From contig CAWCBP010000001.1 of NCBI GenBank assembly GCA_963793865.1, positions 192,001 through 256,000 of the forward strand: a DNA stretch of 64,000 nucleotides, read 5' to 3'. The translations under genes and the position numbers were made by a program. The stretch's first letter is position 1. Every line of letters starts with the position of its first letter. Origin of the DNA: an uncultured delta proteobacterium (GTDB lineage Bacteria; Desulfobacterota; WTBG01). Below the pieces are notes generated by a model, which was not told the DNA's origin, ran no database searches, and saw nothing but the letters and a program-made list of their open reading frames with translations. This document shows, piece by piece, positions 46,705-56,184 of the stretch.

Positions 46705-47165
46705 TATTTTTTTGCATTTGCCACCTTAACTTTCTTCGCCGCCAGCAGCTCGCAGGGCTTGCGGTTGCATTTCCGTGCCCCCATCTGAGCCACATTTATT
46801 TTGTACAGTTTCAAATCCAGTTTTGCGGGCAGCTTTTTAATTCCGTAGCATGACCCGTCTTTAACCTCCTCCAGTCTTCCTTCAATCACCAGGGTGGTGC
46901 AGGGTTCCTTGAGCTTTTCCACATGCCACCGCGGCATGCAGATGGTAAAGCAGATGTTTTTGCTTTTTTTGAGACAGTCCATTTTCCGGCCGGCGGTCAC
47001 CATCCCGCCGCCGGCAGCTAAGCCCATCAGGATGGTCTTCCTTCTGTACATGTAGCCCATGGGCAGGGCATATGGTTTGCTGCCGGCCAGGGACAATATC
47101 CCATGCTGGTTATCCTTAAGAAAGCGGTCAATCTCCCGCGCGCTGAGGTTCTTATAGTCACCCAT
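46704..47165 (-). CDS. Pyridoxamine 5'-phosphate oxidase-like (split-barrel flavin-binding) protein
   Basis: LS..EI..FL....G.LSL....PYALP..Y, G.KMDCL....ICF. Confidence 0.75.
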   Translation of the reverse strand: MGDYKNLSAREIDRFLKDNQHGILSLAGSKPYALPMGYMYRRKTILMGLAAGGGMVTAGRKMDCLKKSKNICFTICMPRWHVEKLKEPCTTLVIEGRLEEVKDGSCYGIKKLPAKLDLKLYKINVAQMGARKCNRKPCELLAAKKVKVANAKK

Positions 47166-47201
47166 GTGTCGCATCCTATGTTGATTCGAAAATAGGTACA
47201 T

Positions 47202-47229
47202 GTAGGGGCGACCGGCCGGTCGCCACTAC
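47202..47229. repeat. Compact GTAG REP palindrome
   Basis: GTAGGGGCGACCGGCCGGTCGCCACTAC. Confidence 0.8.
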
Positions 47230-47260
47230 ATGTGAATAAGATTAACGCGAAAAAGGTTGC

Positions 47261-47995
47261 TCACTGCTCCCACACCTGAAAGGTCCTTAAATTTTTTGCC
47301 TTGAGGGAATTGTCCCTGAGCACGATGCGCTCAGGCGTAACCCTGGTCATGATTTTGGTCTTGATGATGCTTTCCTTGAAGGCCTGCAGGGAAGCGGGGT
47401 CCTTGGGCATCTCGGGGAGCATATATAAAATGGTGGGAAAGTAGATTTCAAGCCCCTCGGAAAACCCCGGATCCTTGCCGGACAGCAATTCCGCCTTCCC
47501 TACAATCTGCACGCCCAGCGTCTCCCTGAAGTAATTTTCGGCCGGCCGGACATATGCAAGGGACACCTGGTTATTTTCGTTCATGTGAAAGAGCTTTTCG
47601 CCCTGCCGCTCTGACATGGCGTAGAGGGTCATGGTCTCGGGGTCAATCACAAACTCGATGATCGTGGCCAGCGGCTTGTTGTTGTGGCTGGTTGCCAGGA
47701 CGAAAATTTCCCGGCCGTGCTTTCCCCGCAGGACTTCCGTCACCCGTTTGGCGATTTCCTCCCGCGGCATGACCCCCAGCGTGGACTTTTTCAGGGTCAT
47801 GGTGGCGGAGGTATAGCCATCGACATCCTTGACATTTAAAGGATGGCAATCAACACATTTGACCGTTTCCTCCACCGGAAAGTGCATGGGCGGCATGTCG
47901 CCCGGCTTGACATAGAGCCGGGCGGGATCAATGGCATGGCACAGGGTGCCTGACAATACGATTGCCATTGCTGATAGCAGGTAGAGATGCTTCAT
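47261..47995 (-). CDS. Exported PNPOx-like protein with single CxxCH motif
   Basis: AAGGAGG RBS; signal peptide MKHLYLL...LCHA; CVDCH; VLATS.NNKP.A, K..HM.EN.QVSL, GVQI.G.AE, RVTPERI. Confidence 0.75.
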   Translation of the reverse strand: MKHLYLLSAMAIVLSGTLCHAIDPARLYVKPGDMPPMHFPVEETVKCVDCHPLNVKDVDGYTSATMTLKKSTLGVMPREEIAKRVTEVLRGKHGREIFVLATSHNNKPLATIIEFVIDPETMTLYAMSERQGEKLFHMNENNQVSLAYVRPAENYFRETLGVQIVGKAELLSGKDPGFSEGLEIYFPTILYMLPEMPKDPASLQAFKESIIKTKIMTRVTPERIVLRDNSLKAKNLRTFQVWEQ

Positions 47996-48173
47996 CGCAG
48001 GGCCTCCTTGTAAAAAATTACTTAGATATGCTAAACATTTTGGAAAACCATATACCACAACAATTCAGGTTGCAAGAAATATTATTGCGGGATACAGTTA
48101 CATGAAGACATCGGTCATAGCTGCCGGCAAAAGTGCTGCTCTTGCCTTGGACGTGGAATAAAACCATATACAA

Positions 48174-48362
48174 ATGGGGCAACATATGGTCAGTATAGAT
48201 ACGGAAAAGTGTACGCGATGCGGCGGATGCATTGATCTCTGCCCGGTTATTGCAATAGGCATGATCAATGACGTGGTTACCATCGATGATGAACGCTGTA
48301 CCGGCTGCGGTATTTGCATCAAGGTATGTCCCATGCGGGCACCGCATGAAGTACATCCATAG
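48174..48362 (+). CDS. 2[4Fe-4S] ferredoxin
   Basis: CTRCGGCIDLCP and CTGCGICIKVCP. Confidence 0.92.
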   Translation: MGQHMVSIDTEKCTRCGGCIDLCPVIAIGMINDVVTIDDERCTGCGICIKVCPMRAPHEVHP

Positions 48363-48387
48363 ACCCTGTCCACAAAGGATATAGGTG

Positions 48388-49713
48388 ATGCCAAAGCATT
48401 ATGATGTCGTGGTAGTGGGAGCGGGTCCGGCGGGCTTGATGGCTGCCAGGACTGCGGCTGAAAATGGCCTGAGCGTAGCCCTGCTTGAGCGGAAGACCGA
48501 TATCCCCAGGATGTACCGGCTTGACGGCGGGGCCATCGGGCTGAATGAGTATCTGTTCGGCCAGATGGTCACCTTTAATCCAAGGGCGCAACGGCTCTGC
48601 GTGCCTTCTTCGGGCTTTTCCGTGCCCTATGCAGGGCCGTACGCCAACATCTACGGGTTTCAGCTCCATGCACCCGGCGGAAAGCGTCTCTTATTCGGCG
48701 ACTGGGAGGCGGCCGGGAAAAGGGGAGATAAGGTGCGGGTGGGCATCACTCTGGATAAGGAAATCCTTCTTAAGGGAATGCTGGAAGAGTGCGGGGAGGT
48801 TGGCGTGGAGGTGTTTCCCGGAACCAATGTGACCGGTATCGAGAAGAAAGGCGGGTCTGTCCGGGTTTCCGGCAACGGCTCATTTTTTGAAGGTTCATTT
48901 GTGATTGCCGCGGACGGTGTCAACTCTCGGATTGCCCGGCTTCTGGGATTCAACAGGGAGAGAACATTTAAAGGCACTCAAATTTATGTCACCTGGATCA
49001 TGGAGGGGGAACTGCCGGTTGACCCGGGAAGCTTTAACTTTATTCTCACCGAAAAAGGCATCTTCTCAATTTATCCTGATTATAAAAAAGGCCTCTACCA
49101 TCTGGCTGCGTTCGGCACCAATACCCAGGTTGATTTCCACGCCCGACTGGAATATTTTACTCAACAGGACAGGACCTATGCTCATTGGTTCACGAATGCC
49201 AAAAAAGTGGGGATGATTAACTGCGTGGCCAACCTTCTCACTCCCATTAAAGATCCCTTCAGAGATAATGTTCTTTTGATCGGTGATGCCGCCTGGATAA
49301 TGGAGTTCAGCAATATGGCGGCCCTGTGCACCGGCTGGAAGGCAGGCAATGCGGTTGCCCTGGCGGTGACGGAAAATAATCTCACCAGGGAGGGTCTGGC
49401 GAGCTACTTTGAGTACTGGGAAAAGTACTTTTACGGCCCTCACGGTGAGACTGATTTCGGCATCGGGGGAGGGGAGCTGTACGACTATCTCAGCGGCGAA
49501 GAGATGGACTACCTGGTCGGTTTGGTGAAGGAGCCGTTTCCTGCCAGCATGAACTTCTTTACCTTTTTCGCTGCCATCGGCGAAACCTACGCGGCACTGT
49601 TTCCCGGGATTGAGCAGGAGCGGCCGGAGATTATGGAAAAGCTGCTCAAAATGAGGGAAAACATGGAGGAGGAATTCAAAAAAACCGCCCGTCTCGGGTT
49701 TCCCAACAGGTAA
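48388..49713 (+). CDS. FAD-dependent oxidoreductase, geranylgeranyl reductase/FixC-like
   Basis: YDVVVVGAGPAG, LLERK, VIAADGVNS, LLIGDAA; follows ferredoxin. Confidence 0.88.
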   Translation: MPKHYDVVVVGAGPAGLMAARTAAENGLSVALLERKTDIPRMYRLDGGAIGLNEYLFGQMVTFNPRAQRLCVPSSGFSVPYAGPYANIYGFQLHAPGGKRLLFGDWEAAGKRGDKVRVGITLDKEILLKGMLEECGEVGVEVFPGTNVTGIEKKGGSVRVSGNGSFFEGSFVIAADGVNSRIARLLGFNRERTFKGTQIYVTWIMEGELPVDPGSFNFILTEKGIFSIYPDYKKGLYHLAAFGTNTQVDFHARLEYFTQQDRTYAHWFTNAKKVGMINCVANLLTPIKDPFRDNVLLIGDAAWIMEFSNMAALCTGWKAGNAVALAVTENNLTREGLASYFEYWEKYFYGPHGETDFGIGGGELYDYLSGEEMDYLVGLVKEPFPASMNFFTFFAAIGETYAALFPGIEQERPEIMEKLLKMRENMEEEFKKTARLGFPNR

Positions 49714-49867
49714 ATGAGAACAGTTTTAAAACAGACACTGATTTTTTATGAAAACCCTTGATCAATTTATCTTGACGGCCAATATGAAATTAGTATAGTG
49801 TGATGTTCAAATTGAGGGCCTGCATGGTTAAACAGCAGACTGCCGTAGAAAACGGGAAAATAAATGG

Positions 49868-49912
49868 ACCCCTATCGGCTTTACTTTGGGCTGATAGAGG
49901 TTTTTTATTTTC
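49868..49912 (+). terminator. Intrinsic terminator-like hairpin upstream of fdh operon
   Basis: ACCCCTATCGGCT-loop-GGCTGATAGAGGT followed by TTTTTATTTT. Confidence 0.7.
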
Positions 49913-49937
49913 CATAAACGTTCCCGGTTGGTTGAAA

Positions 49938-50060
49938 AAAAGATATGTGAAATGACGGTAGGAGCGCCTTCAGGCGCGATGCGTTCGCGGCTTAAAGCCG
50001 CTCCTACCGGTTATCTATGTTTCTGAGAGATAAATTCTCAGATGTGAGCCTGTAAGAAGC
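49938..50060. repeat. GTAG REP doublet (49958-50007) in ~120-bp unit shared with 11612-11732
   Basis: GTAGGAGCGCCTTCAGGCGCGA...TCGCGGCTTAAAGCCGCTCCTAC plus homologous flanks. Confidence 0.85.
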
Positions 50061-50084
50061 TATTTTCAGGGGGGAGGAAAAAGG

Positions 50085-53000
50085 ATGGAGATAACGCGAC
50101 GAAACTTTCTCAGGTTTTCCGGTGCAACGGCCGGGTCCGTCCTTCTGCCGGCCGGGTTTGCGCGGGCATCGGGAAAGGTGCCGGCGTTTCCTCTGCACAA
50201 GCCGGTTAAAGAAGCGGCAACCATCTGCCCATATTGCTCATGCGGCTGCGGGTTGGTGATCGCTACGGGAACGGATGGGCACATTGTCAACTGCGAAGGC
50301 GACCCGGACAATCCCAATAACCGGGGGGCGCTCGATCCGAAGTCAATCTCAGTGCGGCAGCTCTCCCAGAGTGACCTGCGCCTGAAAAAGCCGCTCTACC
50401 GGGCTCCCGGCAGCGATACCTTTGAAGAAAAAAACTGGGAGTGGATGATTAATGAAATTTCCCAGCGCATCAAAACAACACGTGATCAGACGTTCCAAAA
50501 AATAAATGATAAGGGGGTTACCGTCAATCGAACGATGGGCATGGCATATCTTGGCGGGGCGGCAAATAATAACGAAGAATGTTACCTGGCATCAAAGCTC
50601 ATGCGTGCCCTCGGCCTTGTCTACCTTGAGCATCAGGCACGGATATGACACTCCGCCACGGTGGCCGGTCTGGCCGCTGGTTTAGGCAGGGGCGCGATGA
50701 CCAATCATTGGATTGATCTCAAAAACGCCGATGTCATAATGATGAACGGTTCCAATGCTGCTGAAAATCATCCGGCATCCATGACCTGGATTCAGAAAGC
50801 CAGGGATGAACGGGGCGCCAAGCTCATTGTGGTTGATCCGCGTTTCACCCGTTCCGCTTCCCAGGCAGACCTCTATGTGCGCATTCGCAGCGGTACCGAC
50901 ATCGCTTTTTTTGGCGGATTGATGAAATACATCATGGACAATGAGCTCTACCACAAGGAGTATGTCCTGTATTACACAAACGCCGCCACGCTGGTTGTGC
51001 CTGAGTTTAAGGGCCCGGCCGACCTGGATGGACTGTTCTCCGGTTTTGTGGATGACGACGGCGATGGCTTTGGAAAGTATGATCAGGCCACCTGGAAGTA
51101 TCAGGCCGATGCCGACGGCAAGCCGCTGCGCGATGAGACCTTGCAGGATCGCAACACCGTCTTCCAGCTTATGAAGCGTCATTATGAGCGCTACTCGCTC
51201 GAAACCGTGTCGGGAATTACCGGCTGTCCCGAAGATTCCCTTGAGGCCGCCTACAGGATGTTTGCTGCGAGCGGGGCCCCGGAAAAAACCGGCACCATTC
51301 TCTATGCCATGGGACAAACCCAGCACACGGTCGGATCGCAGAACGTGCGCTGCATGGCCATGATCCAGCTGCTGCTGGGAAACATGGGCAGGCCGGGCGG
51401 AGGCGTGAACGCGCTGCGCGGTGAATCAAATGTGCAGGGCTCTACCGACCAGGGCCTGCTTGCACACCTCGTCACCGGTTATTTAAAAATCCCCGGCGCG
51501 GGGGATCATCCGAATTTTGGCCGCCTACCTGGAAAAAGAAACCCCCAAGACAAGCTACTGGTCAAACAAACCAAAATTTTTCATCAGCATGCTCAAGGCA
51601 TGGTGGGGCGACCACGCCACCGCGGACAATGATTTCGCCTACGATTATCTGCCCAAGGTGGAAAGCCCGGCCCAGCACTACTGGATAAAGCTTTTTGAGG
51701 ACATGCATGCCGGTGCCATCGAAGGTCTGTGGATACATGGGGCAGAACCCCGCGGTGTGCGGGCCCAACTCCCGCCTGGAGCGCGAAGGCCTGAAAAAGC
51801 TCAAGTGGATGGTCATCCAGGAGCTCTTTGCCACCGAGACCTGCTCGATTCTGGCGGGCGCCGGGCGAAAATCCGGCGGAGATCAAACCGAGGTGTTCAT
51901 CCTGCCCGCGGCCGACGCCATGGAAAAGGAGGGCAGCATCGTCACCAGCGGCCGGCTCATTCAGTGGCGCCCCAAGGTCGCGGCGGCACCCGGCGAAGCG
52001 CTGCCCGACCATCAAGTTTTCAATCTGGTTGCCCTGAAACTGAAAGAGCTGTACGCGCTCTGATCCCGGCCCCTTTGCCGATCCCATCATTCATCTGAAC
52101 TGGGATTATGGCACGGAAGTTGACATTGAAAAAGTGGCGCGCGAGATCAACGGCTATGCGCTGGCTGACATAAAAGACCCCGACGGAAACACCCTGGCCA
52201 AAAAGGACGAACTCTTAAAAACCTTCGGCCACCTCCAGGCGGACGGCGGCACCGCCTGCGGCATCTGGATCTATCGCCGGCTATTATGCCCTGGCGGACG
52301 ACGGCACCGGCAGGATGATGCCTGCCTGCAAGCGCCGCGGGCCAGAAGGACCCGGGTGGTTTGGGCACGTATCCGTTCTGGGCATGTCTCCTGGCCGGTG
52401 AATCGACAGGATCATTTACAACCGCTGCTCGGCTGATCCGAGCGGCAGGCCGTGGACCGAAGAGAAGAAGCTCATCTGGTGGGATGAAACCCAGAAGAAG
52501 TGGACCGGCTATGATGTTCCCGACTTTCTGCCCACCAAGGCGCCCACCGACCCCGGCGGCACCGATCCGTTCATCATGCGGGTCGACGGCAAAGGCGGTC
52601 TTTTCGCCCCGCTCAATGAAGGGCCGTTTCCAGAACACTACGAACCGGTTGAAACGCCGGTGGACCGCAACCCCTTCTCCTCCCGCCTTCATAACCCGGT
52701 CATTAAGATCTGGAAGACCGGCGAGGGCAAAGAAATCGGCAACAACTGGGGCACGCCGGACAAGTTTCCTATTGTGGCAACAACCTATCGGGTGGTGGAG
52801 CACTGGCAGGCAGGCGGCATGTCGCGCTGGCTGGAATGGCTTGCCGAGTGCCAGCCCGAAATGTTCATCGAGATGAGCAGGGAACTGGCCGCAGAGAAGG
52901 GGATCAAGCAATGGCGACAGGGTCAAAATCAGCTCGGCCCGCGGTGAAATTGAAGGCCGTAGCCGTGGTGACTGCCCGATTCAAGCCCTTTATGATAAAC

Positions 53001-53157
53001 GGCAAACCGGTGCATCAGGTTGGCACTGCCCTGGCATTTCGGATGGGGGGGCATTGCTTCAGGGGCCACTGCCAATGATCTGACCCCCCATGTCGGTGAC
53101 GGGAATACCACCATCCCTGAATACAAAGCGTTTCTGGTCGACATCCAAAGAGCATAA
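50085..53157 (+). CDS. fdnG: Formate dehydrogenase alpha subunit, Tat-exported selenoprotein (UGA=Sec at 50646); several frameshifts after ~51515
   Basis: TRRNFLR Tat signal, CPYCSCGC, HQARI-UGA-HSATVAGL...GRGAMTNHW, ALRGESNVQGSTD, PEHYEP, TTYRVVEHW, ends PEYKAFLVDIQRA*. Confidence 0.93.
50646..50682 (+). promoter_or_regulatory. Selenocysteine codon and bacterial SECIS element
   Basis: In-frame TGA at the catalytic Cys/Sec position; hairpin CGGTGGCC-GGTCT-GGCCGCTG begins about 11 nt downstream. Confidence 0.9.
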
Positions 53158-53171
53158 AGGAGACGTGAATC

Positions 53172-53976
53172 ATGACACGCATGGCAATGCTGATCGATGA
53201 ATCAAAATGCACGGCATGTCGCGGCTGCCAGGTGGCCTGCAAGCAATGGAATGATCTTGAAGGATGGTCATATTCGAAAACCGAAAACCGGGGGTCCTAT
53301 GAGAACCCTCCGCATCTGTCCCCCCAGACCTGGACGCGCATAAAATTCACCGAATACGAGGATGGGGACCGCTTTCGATGGCTGTTCCTCAAAGAGGGCT
53401 GCATGCACTGCGGCAATCCCCCCTGCGTTGCGGTATGTCCGACCGGGGCCTTGAAGCAGAAACCGGACGGCCGGGTAACCCTGGAACCAAACCTGTGCAA
53501 CGGCTGCGGCTATTGTTCACAGTTCTGCCCCTTCGGTGTTCCGCAGCTTGAGGTCTATGGACTTTTTTCAGGAGAGGCCAAGAGCTCCAAGTGCACCTTC
53601 TGCCAGGACCGCACCGACAACGGACTGCTTCCCGCCTGCGTAAAAACATGCCCCGCCGCTGCGCTGTCCTGGGGCGACCGGGACGAAATGATAGCCCGCG
53701 GAAAGAAACGGGTGGAAGCGCTCCAGGAAGGAGGTGCGGTCAGTGCTCAATTGTACGGGGAAAACCTGCTGGGAGGACTGGGCCGTCTGTATGTGCTCCT
53801 CGAAAAACCCGAGGCGTACGGTCTGCCCGCCGACCCCGAGTATCCCGGCACTGACCACCCTCTGGCAGAACGGTGTCAGCCGTTTGGAAAAATCGTATTG
53901 GGTGCATCCATCATTGGCATAGCCGCTGCGATGGGTCATCATCCGCAGGAACATCAGAATGGAGGATGTGGAATGA
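53172..53976 (+). CDS. fdnH: Formate dehydrogenase beta (Fe-S) subunit; indel(s) near 3' end
   Basis: CTACRGCQVACKQWN, CMHCGNPPCVAVCP, CNGCGYCSQFCPF, KCTFC.DR...PACVKTCP; natural end appears to be ...IRRNIRMEDVE* overlapping next ATG (ATGA). Confidence 0.88.
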
Positions 53977-54692
53977 ACGCACAGCCGAAAGAAACGGGTT
54001 ATTTCCAGATCCGCTGGATACCCAAATACACCTTTACCGAGCGCTTCCTGCACTGGGTTCATACCGCAAGCTTCATACCCTTGGTGGCGACCGGGCTGGT
54101 GCTGTATCTGCCTTCCCTGCAGCCGCTGGCGCAGGGGGATGCGGGAATATGGATGCGTCTGGTCCACCGCCTTGCGGCCGTGCTCTTTATTGCCGAGCCG
54201 GTGCTCTACGGCATCATTCAGCCACTGCGGCTGTGGCTCAACATTAAGGAGTTCGGCGTTGACCGGGACGACATGGGATGGATTAAAAACGCCTTTGGCT
54301 ATTATGTGCTGGGCAGGCATACCGACATGCCCCCCCAGGGCCGCTACAATACCGGGGAAAAAATGAACGGCATCGTAATGATCGTGAGCTGGGTGGTGTT
54401 CGTGGTAACCGGGCTTATCATGTGGTTCGGCAAGGGCATTGTGCCGGCGGAACTGTTCCGCTGGATGGTGGTGCTGCACGATCTGACCATGATCGCAGCC
54501 GTGGCCATGTTTTTGGTTCATTTATATCTGGCGGTGGCGCACCCCCTCATGTGGGCTGCGCTGGTGAGCATGCGCTTCGGTGTTACCTCGGCGGACTATG
54601 CTGCAGAACATCATGCCAAGTGGTTTTACGGGCCAAAACGGGCAAAAGAACTGTATGAAGCCAAAAAGAAGCTGGCTTCCGAACATTCCTGA
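53973..54692 (+). CDS. fdnI: Formate dehydrogenase gamma subunit (cytochrome b)
   Basis: GGAGG RBS; ERFLHW, TGL, HRLAA, GRYNTGEK, LHD, HLY, SMRFG...YA.EHH.KW. Confidence 0.9.
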   Translation: MNAQPKETGYFQIRWIPKYTFTERFLHWVHTASFIPLVATGLVLYLPSLQPLAQGDAGIWMRLVHRLAAVLFIAEPVLYGIIQPLRLWLNIKEFGVDRDDMGWIKNAFGYYVLGRHTDMPPQGRYNTGEKMNGIVMIVSWVVFVVTGLIMWFGKGIVPAELFRWMVVLHDLTMIAAVAMFLVHLYLAVAHPLMWAALVSMRFGVTSADYAAEHHAKWFYGPKRAKELYEAKKKLASEHS

Positions 54693-54774
54693 CCGCAGAT
54701 GAATACACGCACAGCTACTGCATTGCATGCCGATGCCGGATCACTTGCACATCATTTCACCGGGCGGGCCTCCC

Positions 54775-55590
54775 ATGTCTGAGGGTGCGTGCCATCAGCT
54801 GTTCCTGACATCCCTCAGAGAGGCCAAAGCCGGACATCCTGACCTGGCGGAACTCCTTGCCTTTTACGAGGAGCTTTTCCTCGCGCAGGATGCGTTCATG
54901 GCAGGGCTGGACATGCATCCTGACCGTGCCGTCCGGGAGCTGGATTCCCTGCGGTTGAGCGAAGGGATGCCGCAATTTACCTTTGAAGAATTACTGATCG
55001 ATGGGGAGGATTTTATGCGGCTGTCGAGACTGATGGCCGCACTCATCATCAAACATATGGCGCACGCTGCCGACCGGGAGGATCTCCCGGCGGGTGAAGC
55101 CTTGCTGCAAACCGCACAGGCCATTTTTGAGAGCAGAAACCCGTTTGTGACAGCGGACACACCAAAGGACCTGGCAGCGCTGGTTGCAGGGTTCTCCCTC
55201 GCACCATACCTGCATCGAGCCCGCAATGCGGTCATTTCCCGCATTTCCCGGGACGCATGGCAGCGTCCCTATTGCCCGGTTTGCGGGGGAAAACCATCCT
55301 TTGCCGCCCTCGAGCAGGCATCCGGCACCCGCATCCTGCTCTGCTCCCGGTGCAGCGCTGAATGGGCCTACGCGCGGTTTGGCTGCGCGTTCTGCGAAAG
55401 CAGCGCTGAACAGGTCTATTATCCGGGCGGGGACGGCCTCTACCGTCTCTACACCTGCGATGTGTGCAAGCGCTATCTGAAAACCATTGATTGTCGCCAG
55501 GCAGGGCGATCCGTGCATCTGCCCGTCGAGTGTATTGTGACCGTCCCCATGGATATAGCGGCGCAGGAAAAGGGCTACCGGCACTACTGA
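54775..55590 (+). CDS. fdhE: Formate dehydrogenase accessory protein
   Basis: W.RPYCPVCG..P, R.L.CSRC.AEW...R..CAFC, CDVCKRYLKTID, D..A...GY. Confidence 0.9.
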   Translation: MSEGACHQLFLTSLREAKAGHPDLAELLAFYEELFLAQDAFMAGLDMHPDRAVRELDSLRLSEGMPQFTFEELLIDGEDFMRLSRLMAALIIKHMAHAADREDLPAGEALLQTAQAIFESRNPFVTADTPKDLAALVAGFSLAPYLHRARNAVISRISRDAWQRPYCPVCGGKPSFAALEQASGTRILLCSRCSAEWAYARFGCAFCESSAEQVYYPGGDGLYRLYTCDVCKRYLKTIDCRQAGRSVHLPVECIVTVPMDIAAQEKGYRHY

Positions 55591-55666
55591 AGGTAAGGCG
55601 GGGGCTTCGCCCCCCGGGGAGCGCGCTGCGGAACTGAGCCGAGACTGCAAAAAAGGAGCAACGCCC

Positions 55667-56041
55667 ATGAAAAAAATTCTGGTAGTCGATGACGATCGAG
55701 ATTTTATTAAAATCACCCGCATTATTCTGGAATCAGGCAACTACGAGGTGCTCACCGCCGGTAACGGGGAACAGGCACTGGAGGTGATGCGCCGGGACAA
55801 GCCCGATCTGGTCCTGCTTGACATTATGATGTCGTACATTCTGGACGGACTGGACGTGCGCCGGGAAATGGCAAAGGATGACCGGTTGCGTGACATTCCG
55901 GTGATCATGGCTACCTCGCTCACCGGCAAGCATGCGCGCAGCAGTCTTCCCTCAGATGAATATATCCCTGAGTCGGAATGGCTGCACAAGCCCATCGATC
56001 CCGATACCCTGCTGAAACTGGTCAACAGCAAGCTGGCCTAG
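55667..56041 (+). CDS. Single-domain response regulator
   Basis: KILVVDDD, PDLVLLDIMM, IPVIM.T, KP. Confidence 0.93.
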   Translation: MKKILVVDDDRDFIKITRIILESGNYEVLTAGNGEQALEVMRRDKPDLVLLDIMMSYILDGLDVRREMAKDDRLRDIPVIMATSLTGKHARSSLPSDEYIPESEWLHKPIDPDTLLKLVNSKLA

Positions 56042-56184
56042 AGATCCCCGCCTGCCGGAGCGGGATCGTCCCACCCTTAAGCGGATAATTATTTCACCAA
56101 CAGTGCTCTGAGCAACCGGGTTGTCATGCCGGTTCCGACGGCGCATGGCCCATGACCCGGCAAGCGAAGGAAAGGTGTTGACCT

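Noticed and set aside
53172..54692. Natural FdnH-FdnI fusion protein as in the ORF track
   Set aside because: RBS and ATGA overlap at 53973 plus nearby indels indicate two genes joined by an error
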